From Phoronis australis (lineage: Eukaryota > Animalia > Phoronida), in NCBI GenBank assembly GCA_002633005.1, contig NMRA01000565.1, positions 131,682-195,681 of the forward strand: a stretch of DNA of 64,000 bases. Reading direction: 5' to 3'. Position 1 is the stretch's first letter, and each line of letters starts with the position of its first letter. The translations under genes were made by a program, and so were the position numbers. Positions 36,838-50,400 of this stretch are shown piece by piece. A model generated the notes under the pieces. It was not told the origin of the DNA, did not search any database, and worked only from the letters and a program-made list of their open reading frames with translations.

Positions 36838-39800
36838 GGTGTAATTCTAACTCCTCCCTGAAACAATTAAAGTTTAGTGTAATCTGAATAACCACTCTGG
36901 CACTACAAATAAGACACAACATGTTATTGGCAATGTCTAGAATGGATAAAAACACACAAAACATCTAGTTTAAATTTCCGTCCACACTCCACACGTTACT
37001 CTTAGAGCAGGTTATTGCTTTCATTGTACTATTCTAGACGCTACCTGCGCTGAGGAAACTTGAAATGTGAGAAAATATTCTAATGTGGACATGACTTTGA
37101 ACATGTGTCTGTCCAAGGGCTTGTGGCTACTAGTGAACACTACATCTGAAACATCTGAAAAACAAGCAACAGGAGAGAGCAACTTGAACAGGTGAATCAA
37201 GGTGAGCAGTCCACCGGTCTTATTGATTTTCAAAATGTGTTTTGATGACCTCTGCAAGCACTTTAAGCAAAGGTCAATTTGACATGATGCAATATAATAT
37301 AAAGCTTTGACATTACAAAGGGTCAAGTACACACTTTTGTATTTAAATACTGTCTGTTGGTGGCTATGGTACATACCTTGGACATGACAGAGCATTATTT
37401 TGGTATGCACATACCTTTTACGAAATAAATTTCAAGAAAATAAAGTTTCACTTGAGCACCACCTTGTGTCCATTAAATTGATTTTACTGTACACAACACC
37501 CCCCCCCCACCCCCCGGAACCACTAACACAAGGCTGGAGAACTATGGTTGTAGTCAAGTTATGCTGCTGCTGCTGTGTTATATGAAATCACGAAGTTGGA
37601 CATCGTATGGCGGACCAGTAAAATTTTATATTTAGATTTTTCCTATGGAAGATAGGTAGTAATAAAGTAATGCACCTACATGTTCAGGGTTTGTACCATA
37701 GCAACCTACGAGAAAATGCTGTGTACATTCACAACAGAGTTAGAAGCCTTTGAAAAATGAAACAAATGGTTATTTTGGTACTTGTCACTTCCATAATTAG
37801 TAAGATTTTACCGTATTCACGTTTAAGAAGTGATGTCCATGTTGTACTCCTAAGACTGACCATGGTTGGTTTCTAGAATAGTCTGCACATTAGGCCACAG
37901 TATCTTGCATTGTGAGTTGCAAGTACAGCTGATGCACCACTGAGCACACACACACACACACAAGTCTGCTTGTGGACAATTACAGGCCTAGATCTGTCAG
38001 CCCACAAAGAAGCTAATTTCCTCATTAAATTTCAACAACCAATCACAATGTAGACTACATCCATTTTCTATCACACCACTGAAGCAGAAGAGCTTTCTGG
38101 AGTGGGTATTACACATTCTAGGAAATCAATGCCATGACAAATAACAAGTCTGTAGCTGTGTTCTGAGAACTGAATATCTGGGGATACTACACCTCCAGAT
38201 TATTACCTGGCCATTACATAATGCATTGTGGCAGGCACTGTATATACCTAGGCATATGGTACACTCATGGTAGCATATACCTACTGTACAAGGGTAGTGC
38301 CACATCATAAGGCTATTTGACATCTGAGTAGAACTGCCCTTATGCGAAACTTAGGGGCATGCACCAATAAGCAATCCACTTAAAGATAAAAAGGCTGAGA
38401 AAAAAGGTGTTATTTCGGATAAAGGCCCATGAGCCTAAAGACGGTTCACTAGTTACTAGTTTTCTTGGAAGAACGCTTCGCAAGATACAGAAGTAAATTT
38501 AAAAAATGTCAAATTACGAGGCACAGCGGTATTTTACAAATGGGTTCGCCTATACAGTACCACAATTAATGCATGGACCTACTACGTATGCAGGGGAAAT
38601 TGCCTGGGCTTATAAGCGAATTTTAGTTGTATGTGCCAATATGCGAATCACTGACTTGGGTAAAAAAAGGCATTATTTCAGATATAGAGCTATGGGCCTA
38701 AAGGCGTGGCAATAAGGTAAAAAGATGGACTTGATTACCTAAGTAAAACAAAAACACTGCGTTCTGTGGTTAAATAGCCTAAGTGCTTATGGCCCCTACT
38801 TACCATGGTTTGACAAGAACACCTTCATTAAATCTAAAAAATTGCATACGCAAAACAAAAATCAAAATAATTAAATTTTGCACAAAAATACTTGACAAAA
38901 TAATCATTTTTTCTTTGATTTCTAAAGACTAATAACTGTGCTACAAATAATAGAAACTCTATCAAAAATTCTTTCATGACACCTACGTAATACAAACCAG
39001 TCACAGTATTTTCTTAACCTTTCTTGTTCAGGAATTTGACAAAGCAGAATTTCACGTCAGTCCTATTGGGTGATGAATAAGTGAAAAATGACCGTAACAT
39101 ACGTGGAAGGGGAGAGTCTCCTCTACAAAGTGAGGAGGGCTGGACATTCAACATCCACACCAACTGAGAGGCAGGGGAAAATGGATCCATACCTGAGACA
39201 AAATGCCACATGAAACACCCCCAGGCAAAACCACTTTTGTCACCTGTCCCAAGACTGGAAGTTCCACGGTATCCTAAGCTATAAGAAGTCTTGGTGCTTC
39301 ACTAATTTGGAGCTGCCAACCCCAGCCCCGCTCATGTAATTTGGAGCTGGCCCCCGGGTCAACACGAGATTTTCATCTTCTCTTGGTTGTCACAATTTTT
39401 TGATCAACAGTCCTTAGCTTTCAAGCTACCTTCCCTTGTATAACAACTATTCATCTCTTAGGTTGCTAGAACGATGAGTAGTGCCAACTGTCTCATTTAA
39501 CCTCTATTCAAGAGTTGGTCATGTACACAGTAGTCACAGCCTTTGACAGAACTCAGTCCAGATTTAGGTAGAATTGAAACGAATTCTAGTAAAAACCACA
39601 TGGATAAATAAGTAGTTGTTTCGTGCACTAAAACTTTGCCGAATTTCAACCCATGTCCAGTTTGTTTTGAATACTGGTATACAAGTCAGCATTTAACCTT
39701 CAGAGTTTGTAATGTTCAAAATCCTACTCAACACCAATTACGTCGAGATGACGTCTCAAAAATCCAAGGACAAATAAATTGAGTTAGCAAATGTTAATCT

Positions 39801-42800
39801 TATATATAAAGCAAATTAAGACCATGAAGTCCTTGCTGTTATTTTGTGTTTTATAAATGCTAAACTCGCCATTTTAAAAACCAAAGCATAGAGCTCTGCT
39901 GCGCCAAAACATGAACGATCACAATGGTTGTCAAAGATTGCACTAACACAGGGCTTTAAAATCTAGTCATATACCGTACTACATTTAACCTCAGGACAAG
40001 ACAAATAACATCTGAGCATTTCCTTCCACCAACGTAAGTCAACACGATAATCAAAGAATGAATCATCTGCACACATGAAGCTGAGATAACGTTCAACAGA
40101 TGTACAAAAAGAACCACTTCAGTTTTTGCAATAGGTATAACTGAAACGTAAATCGAAATAAAAATCTGCGCCAACGTAAGACGAAACAAGAGGTATTAGT
40201 TTCATTAATAAACTCTCAGTTAATAGCCAACATATGCCTGAAGTCATCAAAAACAGAAAAAACACAAAACCAGAACCTCAGCGTGGACAAAAAGCATCCA
40301 AAAAACCCCTTTCTTCATTGAGGACACATCAGCTAATGGGACCTTCGTGTGAGTCACTCCTACCTGTCAGCAAAAGAAACACATCTGTTTACACGACTGG
40401 CAAGATCCACAGATCAATCTACCTAACCCTACATGTTGATGTTTACTGCACCGGGTGAGCTCTGAAGTTAACAGTCAATGACCTCAAAATCGGTATGACC
40501 TAAATAGAGTCTGACACTTAGGCGCACATGTCTGCCACACCGTCACAAAATCAGAAGAAAGGCAACTGAACAATTACATACATCTGGGACAAAAATAGCT
40601 GAATTTAGCATATAAGTGTTTCGCTTTAGTCATACTATAGTGAGTTCAGCAACATTTTTTAGAAAATTAGTATTTTTAAAAATTCTGTATGTAAACAGTT
40701 ACATTACATGTAATTTTCATTTTGAGTATAAGTGCCCAGTAACCGGCTAATTTATGCCCAGTTGGTTGGTTAATAAGGATTACTCAATGAAAATTAGACA
40801 CTTTTCTATTATTGCTCCAGGTATGTAAGCAAATATCAGGTCAATGACACAAGCAATGTTTACACTTGGGGTCAAGATGAAGGGCACCCATATGTTCCAG
40901 CACAAGTAGTGGAACTATGACAACTCACGCCACACATTAAAGTGTCATCCACACTGAGGCCAATTCTTCACCCACCCAATATTTAACACACACCAACGGT
41001 TGTCAATGGGAATCATTTTGGCAATATTCTTAAAACATAAATTTTGATATAATTTTCTTCAGCGCGGTTTGCACTGTTATGTCTAGAATGGTAGCCCACC
41101 ATTGATAAATGACAATTTTAGGAACCAATTTTAAGAGAAATAACAAAAGAATTATCTTTTTCCTAGATAATTTGTCAATTCTCACAATATAGGCAAGTAA
41201 ACATGACACAGGACTAAAAACAACCATGTTAAAAATTCAGTGCTAACATCAATTTGTAACAATATGAGTTATCTAAGTTTTACCTACACCCACTTTCTAA
41301 TCACACAAATGCCAACCAAATGTCATGTACTCTATCAATTAAACGACATGACTTGTTTTTCCACAACACTGGGTACTATTTCCAGGAATATCATTTCCAG
41401 GAATATAAGATTGGAGATTTAGAGTTCAATATAGGAGAGAGGCGCACAAACCAATGATCAGTCTGTCATCCTCTGGCTTCCCGCGTTCATGTTTTAGATT
41501 TTTTTTGGAAACGTTTGCAGTTAAAATAATACACAAATGTACACATTCCATACATTTAAGGGAATTTACATTGATTTATCACAATTACAAACTTTGACTA
41601 CAACTGCTGTCATAAATTTCGATATAGTTCAAGACACAAGAACTTCTATGGAACACTAGACTATTATTTTGCACAAAATACTAGAATCCTACAAAAACTC
41701 GTGCTTTTCCTTAGAATAAAAATATGCACGATTTCATAGAATACAAGTCCCTGATCTTCCAAGTTGAGGTCACATGCACTCGATTATGTGAACTTTGACC
41801 TCAACTACCCATGATAGGTAAGTAATCTTCCACAGTCAGGAAAGAGTTTACTTACAAGGTGCGTTTCTTGGCTCATGTACAACAAGTGTATTTTCATAGA
41901 CACGTTTCTTTTGCCTTGCACTTTTTATAAGGTCCTCATATTTTAAGTTACACATTTTGTATAGAAAATGATATTTATAGGAAATAAACTATCACATATT
42001 TTGAGCAGTAGAGGGCACTGAAAACAACAGCATAAGCCAATCAGAAATTGATAAACCCTGGGTATCAGTGTAAGAAATCCTCGACAGATACAGAGAAATA
42101 TCTTTGAAAAGGCAGACAAAAAATGTGTCTAAAGAATTACATGTGTCAGAGTATTTTACACAGCGTTTCCTGGGATGTGGAAAATGATCAAATTGATAAA
42201 AATTTTACCATGTTTCCGTTTATTTATCAGAAAATACTGGTAGTTTACTTGGCTTTTCTGTCCACCGTAGACCTCCTCGAGGTCTCCTTGTTTTGACTTT
42301 CAAAAACTAGCTGAACCACCAAGCCAGGTGTAGCCAAATGTTAAGAAAATTTGTACATCATGCTGTTTAGTTTGAAAACAATTACATCACTTTGGAAGGT
42401 CGTCATTTGAATAAAGCTGATTTGCGTTAAAAATTCACTTTATATTGACTTTAACAAAAATGAGACCAGAAGTGTAACTTGAACATGTCCGTGAGCAGCA
42501 TAACCACAATCACATTGCTTTTCGTCTGAACAATCAAAAACAACATTGAAGACTAAAAATCTGGATGGCATTAGTAGTGGGTGAACAGACATAACAATAA
42601 AGACATCTCACTACATTTGAAGTTTCTTTTCAATTCTAATCATTTCTACACACATAAAAATCAAATTATCAGAACAATGTAATTAATTTTGGTCCTTTCA
42701 TACGACTTCAAGAACAACAGGTATTGCCCACACTAATTAATGAAACTGTATCAGCCCCTCCCATAATCGGTTAAGTGTTCTTGCAGGTCATTACTTGTTT

Positions 42801-43821
42801 CACAGCACTTACCCACTCAAAACATTACAAAACTTACTGTCAAGTGACTAACTTTAATGTAGAGAAAGGCTGAAACAGGCCAGGGGAGGAAACTTAAGTG
42901 ATGGACAAGGAGCCAGAGTTCGACAAAATTGAATTTGTCTATTCAGTTGCTACCTTTCTGTTGCCCCGATGGCGATATCGGGTAAGTATCTCTGGTAAAA
43001 GTTGACCAAAGCTGATCCAAAATGGAGGCCAACTTTTGTAACTTTTTTCATACAATTTTCATCACAATTCGTACCTAATCACACTTTCAGTAAACAGAAA
43101 TATAACCACCATTCTCATTCTTGATCAGCTGAAACAGGATGAAAAAATAAATTTATCACTTGTTCAGTTTTAACATAAAAAAGTCCAGGTATTTATTATT
43201 AAAGGCAGTTTCATATTCTACCATTAGGTAGGTGTGTGATTTAAAAAAAATCTCATTTCTACAGCCATTTCGATATATTTTGCTCCTTTCATTTAACCAA
43301 CATGTTCAAATATTTCACATAGAATAGACAGTCAATCATGATGCATTGTACTCAAACTCCAAACTTCAACATTTTGTCATTCTTCACCAAATTCAATGGC
43401 AAATTATTTGCAAATGTCCAACTTACTCCATTTGAAAAGTACACCTACGAATGAGGAGAAAATGTCAAAATAACACTGCCAAGTGAAAGTTAGCACAAAA
43501 TCTTTTTTAAAGCTCCTAGATCACAGGGCCCACTGAATAGTATACAGCTAGTTTTGACACACTGCACAAAGCTCATATTTTATTCATGCTAAATGTCAGA
43601 AATGAAAAGAAGTACAGTACACCCCAAAAGTGTTCAGAGAAATGACTCGTCATGGTCACGGTGGCTGGGTGGAAGCTAAATTCGTCGTCAGAGAAGTCTT
43701 CCTTTGTGACCAAGAACGAAAAAGAATTAAAAAGAAAACCATTTTACAATTATAATTATGGCCAATAACAGTCATTACCATTTACCAGACATTTTTTCTG
43801 TTCACTGAAATAGCAGTCATC

Positions 43822-44072
43822 AGGGGCGGATCCAGGATTTTGAGTTGGGGGGGGGGGGGCAGGGCANCTAAAATGTAGGGATGCAGGGGTCTCGAATTTT
43901 TGGGATTGTGAAAAAACGGGGTTTGTTCATGGACTATGAATTGTTTATTCACCTCCCGAGCCCCCCTGGTTGCGTACATGTGCTAGTCAGCAATTCGCAC
44001 CCGAACTGCCAAATGGTATCTGGTAGAATTTTAGGGGGGCCATGGCCCCCTTCCCCCCTAAATCCGCCACTG
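43822..44072. mobile_element. hAT-like MITE (CAGGGGCGGAT...ATCCGCCACTG)
   Basis: TIRs plus a degenerate 8-bp TSD gcagtcat / gtagtgat. Confidence 0.7.
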
Positions 44073-47000
44073 GTAGTGATACATACCATTCCCCTGGACT
44101 GTTAAAACCAAGAAATTTCCAACATCACCATCTGATCTAGTATCACCTTCCATTTAACTTAACAAACAAGCCTATTGTGTTGGTACACAATACTGCTGCA
44201 GTAAGGGAGTCCAGAGCTTAGGGTCCAACAATGGAATCAGCAGGTGAAGCCTAATCTATATGAAATTCAACTGTTTTTCTCCATTCAAAGTTTTTAGGTG
44301 AATACTATTTCACACAAAACACACCATGGTCACGACATTTGTTCAACATTGTTTGGAAATAGTATTTTTAAATATCGTTAGGGTCAGGCCTGTTGTTTAC
44401 AACATAATTATTGAGTTACCTGAGCTTATCAGATGAACGCAAACAATGAGAGAGCTGGACCATGTAAACATTGGTTTACCAACTTTCACCCCTTGCTATC
44501 CCTGCATCAGGACTAGCTGATCCGTAAAATCATGATACTCATTCCACAGCATAGATGCACAATGGTCTTTTGTCTGATTACTTTTGTCTTGTATTGTATG
44601 AACATGTAATTAACATGGAATAAGGTGTTTTAACAACACAGTTGTGGTGCAAGGAGAAGCAATGCTGTTCATCACATTCTTGACAAAAATGATGTTATGC
44701 TAATTACAGTGCTTGTGCAGTAATCAGGCAGAGAATGTGTCCTGAATTTTAAGGCTCTAAATTCAGGATCACCATGCTCTAAAATGAGGCAAACTTTAAG
44801 CATCACAAGAATGGGGTGGCTATGAATTTGGCAAGAAAACTGCTCAAAGATACCCATGACCATTGCAACAACAGATGATAATCTTTCTATTAAACTGACA
44901 CTATACACTCACAGTGTCCACAGGTCAATTCCCATACAGTTAACTGCGCTACTATCAGAGCACCAATGTTAACTGTGGTAAATCGCGCAGTTGAGCACCA
45001 GTGTTACCACCAGTTTCGGAGTTATAGTGCAGTGAACTTATCGCAAGGTGGCGTCAATATAAAATTTGGCTACATGCCTTTGTGATTTTGTCCCTGCCAT
45101 AAAACATGGCTAGGTCCTGTCTCCCTCTCCCCAAATGAAAAGTGGAACATCAAATTCACAAGGCAGCCAATGGTTACCAGATTATGATGATGATAATCAT
45201 TACATGTACTAAAAGATGATATATTTCATATTTATGGCTATCGAGTAGGGTAGGATAACAGTTGATCCGAACAAAGGCATTCAGTGATTTTTTTTAATGT
45301 AAAGAATGCAGCAAATACGTGGATCAATTGAAACAAAATCCTTATACTGCCAAAACAATAAATATAAATAACAAAATTTTAACAAACATTTACCAGTTAC
45401 CGTCCGCTGCTGGCAAATGCAGGCAGTGACCGCAGTCGATTATAACTCCGATGGCATCAAAGTTAAACGTTTCCATTGTAGTGAAACATCGATGAAAGTA
45501 AATTCGCATAGTTAACTTCCGCATCGATTGAAGACCATTCCCATTGACCAAAGCTTCAGTAACACCAAAGCTTTGAAGTCACTAAGAAAGGCCTTCAATA
45601 AACTACTTACAACTATAAAATTGGTCTCCACTTTTTCCTGACTCAGATAAGAACTGAGAAGGCTGAGTTTGTTACTCCGAGAGACCATTCTCAATGGATA
45701 AAATATGACAATTTAATTTGTAGAACCTGGTATCAATGAATGGCAAACTGTCATTTTCCAAAGCTCAGAAATGACATGTATTTTGGCTAAGGAACAATTT
45801 GTGACTAATTCAGCATAACGGAAATTGATATAAATAAACAAATGTGATGGAAGATGGTTTTACCCGCTTTAATTCCATACTTCTATTCAGACATATGTAC
45901 TCCTTAAATTATAACTATAATTAATTACCAAGTAGATGTCATAATTAGTAGGGGTTACTAAACAACTGGCTAACATCGAAAATCCCCCCGATCATCTTAC
46001 GTAGGTCAAGAAAGCGCAGCATTTCTAAACACAGCAACAAGCAATATCATCTCTAGAAGACTTCATTTTATATTTAAAAATTGGATATGTTTTTAATATG
46101 ACACGTCTGCATTCCTAATTTATAAAATTACAGTTCATTAGTTTTCATTTATTGCTTCTCAGCTCCATTCACTATCACAAGCCTGATTTATACTTCAGTT
46201 AGAAGTTGACGATTTCAACATGACATCATTAACACTAAGTGAGTCTTTGAGGACATGTGTAGTATCTCTTCAGAACCTGTGTGAATCAATCGATATGACT
46301 AGAATGCCCAAACTACAGACAATAGCACACACAAACCTTGCAGCCACAACAGATTACAGATCAACTATGATTTTTATAATATACAATAGAATCTTGTAAT
46401 TTCATGTCATAAAATTCGACAAGGGAAAAACCCAGACTAGCAGTTTTCTATAAAACCACACCTTCAAATACCCCCAGTAATACGACAGAGTCAAACTAAC
46501 CAACCTGACACTTTCTATCTTGAACAGTACACATTTTACACTCAGTAAACTCATTGATGTCCCACCAGGTGAGAACATCAAATTTCCAGGTGCATTGTCT
46601 AACATGGGGAGTGCCACACTTGTTGTGCTTTTGGGGTCAGGGTTTTTCCCTGAATAACAGTGAAGTGCTAAATGTTAGTGTGGTAGACAACTGCAAGAAT
46701 TGGAATCACAAAAGCAACAAACCTTGTTGTTTGATAGCTTTGGACAAAGCTTACAGCTTCAAGACGTAGGTCCCATGCAACAAAAACCCAAAGAATGCGT
46801 TTTTTTTTGCTATAAAACTGACAATGACCCTCCAAAGATCAAATATTGAAAAAATACTGGCATTTTGCCTATACCTTCCGGACATGCAAAACCATCAAGA
46901 AGTAAACACCATAGTAATTCTTTAGTACTTTGTTTCCGAAAGAACTTTTTGCTGGAGGGGGCCGGCTCTTTTGGTACCCCTTCCCTTCCCCTCTTCCCAA

Positions 47001-47413
47001 GAATGCTTAAAACCCATGCAGGTAGACTACAAAGGACAGTCATACACAAAACACTAAACAATCAAATACGAAACTGCAGGACTAGAAACTGAACTGGAAT
47101 TAAACTCTCTACTGACATCTGACAAGACACCTGCAGAGACCTGCACAATGGCATTAGCTGTTTACATTTTGACCTATTTAAAGATGACCCACTTACTTAA
47201 AGTGTTACGCAACATCTGCAAGCTGTGTGTCACAAATGCCTCACAAGGAAGTGGTCACAGCAGATGCAGGCTGAATAGCGGATTTGCAGCGACGCCATAT
47301 TGAAATTAGGTTAAAATGGTGCATTGTGGGTGCTGTGGTCAGAATTCTGAAAGCGGCCATAGTAACAAGCATAATACGCGGTATGAGCGCGAAGAAAACT
47401 TACGGCGGATACA

Positions 47414-47423
47414 NNNNNNNNNN
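47414..47423. other. Assembly gap (10 N)
   Basis: Run of n. Confidence 0.99.
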
Positions 47424-50400
47424 ATTGCATAGCAATGACACAGCTTGGAAGTAATAAGGTAAAATAATTAGGCCAGGATACAACAGTAATCAGTTGACAA
47501 AATAACTTTGATCAATAAAATTAATGACAATTTTTAATGTCACATCTCGATTTAGAGCCACAAATCATAGAACTTGTCACAGGTTTATAAATAGCTTGTA
47601 AATTGCATTCTGTCCGAGAATCTCAGTTTTGATTTAGACGACTTAATACTATACAGTTTGCCTTAACTTACTGTTTACTGAGATGAGATGTGATTTCAGA
47701 GTTTGCAAAGAGCTCATAGTCCGTGACTCTTTGACAACATGCTCGGCTCAACTTCACACAATGACACTGTTGACAAGTCAACTTGTGCAGCTAGGACTCT
47801 CCAGCAGTAACATGAGGTTCAACCAGAATTTCAAAATAGGGCATCCGAAATGGTTTTGCAATTTCTCAGTAATGCACGACAGCGTTTTTATGACCCGAAG
47901 TCAAATTGTTGTTGGATGTGGATACTGGACTGCAATAAAGTTTTTAGCAACTTGCACCATTTCTAAACCAAATTTTTGTTCTGGACAGGCCAATTAGCTC
48001 ATAAACTGTTGCTGGTAGCATGGGTGTCCAATTGAACTATCACAAGCTCCGCCCCCTTGCGAAACGTCGACAAACAAACAATAAGTTTTACCCGGTAACG
48101 AATAGTTTGTCAGGTAAAATGGCAGCTTGGAAACAAATGTGTCAAGAATGCTGCATTCTAATTGGTCAGCTCAGCAGTCACTCAAAATCCTGGTGATAGG
48201 TCAATTTACTGAACCGGGTTTCTTATCTGGGGTGTCCAAATGGGCACCCTCTAGATGAAGGCCTATAGGCAGTAACCAACTGACAGTTCATTCATTTTAA
48301 AATCTGAAATCACTTCCAAATAGACACATAAGGAAGAATTTGACACCAATTTCAAAGAGTAAGCAAAATTTTGATGAATGGTGGGTTTATAGATGCTTTA
48401 ATTAATTACCACGTAAAATATAAACTTGTAATTCGTCTGTAGTTCATCTAGAAATTGACATGGGGGGGGTCTCTTTTTGTTTTTCATTCTATGATGTGTC
48501 CAAACATGGTAAGTCAAAAGACCCTTGAAATGCACTCTGCCATACGCACATGAGTACACAAAAAGACTTTAATACCATATCGTCATTCCGCCGTAAATGG
48601 GAAGTCTACACTGTTTTTTGGTCATGTCTGGAAGGGTGACGGTGACACCTCAAATTTTTGTCAATGAATGTGACAAAAACTTTCACGTAAAATAACTTGA
48701 CCAGCAAAATAGCAATAAAAAGTATGTGATTTAGCAAGATAAAACGACCGGGGTGTGGACAGCATTGATTTTGAGTCAACAATAGAATTGAAGTAGGTAA
48801 ACAGCATTCTGAGGATCAAATAATGGAGCACCCTACCAGTGCCTAACTGTAGCTGTGTCCAGATGTGTAGATGGTCTCAGTGCAAAATGATCCCATGGAA
48901 GACGCCACATGAACAAAAAATAAGTTGCCGTGACAACAGTGTGCACGACAATTTACCCCATCTCTTTAAAAGTACTAGTGTTACTTGAATCCCACTCGGA
49001 AACTTGCCAAACAGCAATCCCAAGAGGAGAGCAAAAATATTAGTACCGGTATGTGCTCGTATGACTTTCGTTACCATGATGCAAGCATTGCACTCAAGCC
49101 TTGACAAAAGTGGGAGATTTGTCATGTGGATACAAATATTTCTAACTAGGCTGCATCTAATTTTCAAAACATTGATAATTCATGCTGACAAACTGAATCC
49201 CAGGCACTTGCCAGGCCCTCCTCTTTTGCACTACATCAGTGTAAGCAATCAGGTCAGGTCAAAGGTCAAACAAAAAAAAATTATTCCAAACATTAGGGTG
49301 ACAGTTCTGTATTCCCAAGGCCAGAGATTTTGCCAATGATTAGGACAGTAAATAATACTTTACAATGATCAAGCACCATATAGCAGAACAAAGACTATCG
49401 ATTGTTGGTAATATCAGGAATATTTTAATCTGAGCAAGTCGCATGCCATTTATTAAAATCTTCTGAGTCGCAATGTGATCGCCCGGGCAAACTGGTGCAT
49501 TGAACTTCTGCATAACATTCGAACACACCCAACGAAGCAGAACAGCTGATCAACAAAACTGACAGTAACAGAACCAGGAAATCAGACAGTGACCTCTGAT
49601 GGCAGGGATCTCATAGCATACTGTAAAAATATAAGCCCACAGGTATCAAAAGAGCATTTATGGACTTGGGTAGAGGTAACAAAGCACACAGATTTGCAAG
49701 GTTCTCAAAACTGACCCACATTTTAGATTTCATGGGTCAATCCCTATCTATCGAGCTTTTTTTAAAATGACCCCTGTAACATTGATCACAACTTTGCTAA
49801 AGGGTTAGGCATATATATATATATAATGACGTCAAAAATAAATCTGAAATCCAGTAAGAGCCCCTCAGTTCACCTAGAGCCAGTGTTCTTACCTGAAAGA
49901 TTTACGTTTCTGGTGGTCTGTTGCAATTACTTCGTTTCCCACCTCAGCCAAAAATGGTTTCAAACAATAGTCAAGCTTTAGTCATTCCCATTATCCAGAA
50001 AATGAAACTAGTTCTCATCAGTAAGTTTTGCAAATGTTTGACTCGTAATAAAACGTCAGTTGTAATTCACCAAGCACCGACAGGGCCTAAGGGCATGCAA
50101 AAAGTGGAGCAGGGCATCATTATCTTCCGGACCTGGCAACAATAACCTTGACAACACCTGCGCTATGAAGTATGGTAAGAATTCTTTTGTTTGGGACACA
50201 AGATGGCAGAAAAGAAGAATTTCATGTTGTCACATTTCCTATAGCAGCTGCCAAGGAAGTGTTGTTTGTTGTCAACCTTTATATGGCACAGCTGACACTT
50301 AACACTACGAAATTTTTGGAGCACTTGTAGCTAAGGAGAAAGCCTAAATAACAAAAAATTCAGGAAATACTGCTATTAGAAATTTAATTTTTATCACAGG

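Noticed and set aside
38352-38797. Harbinger-like MITE (taggggc...gccccta)
   Set aside because: TIR match is only about 7 bp and the TSD does not match.
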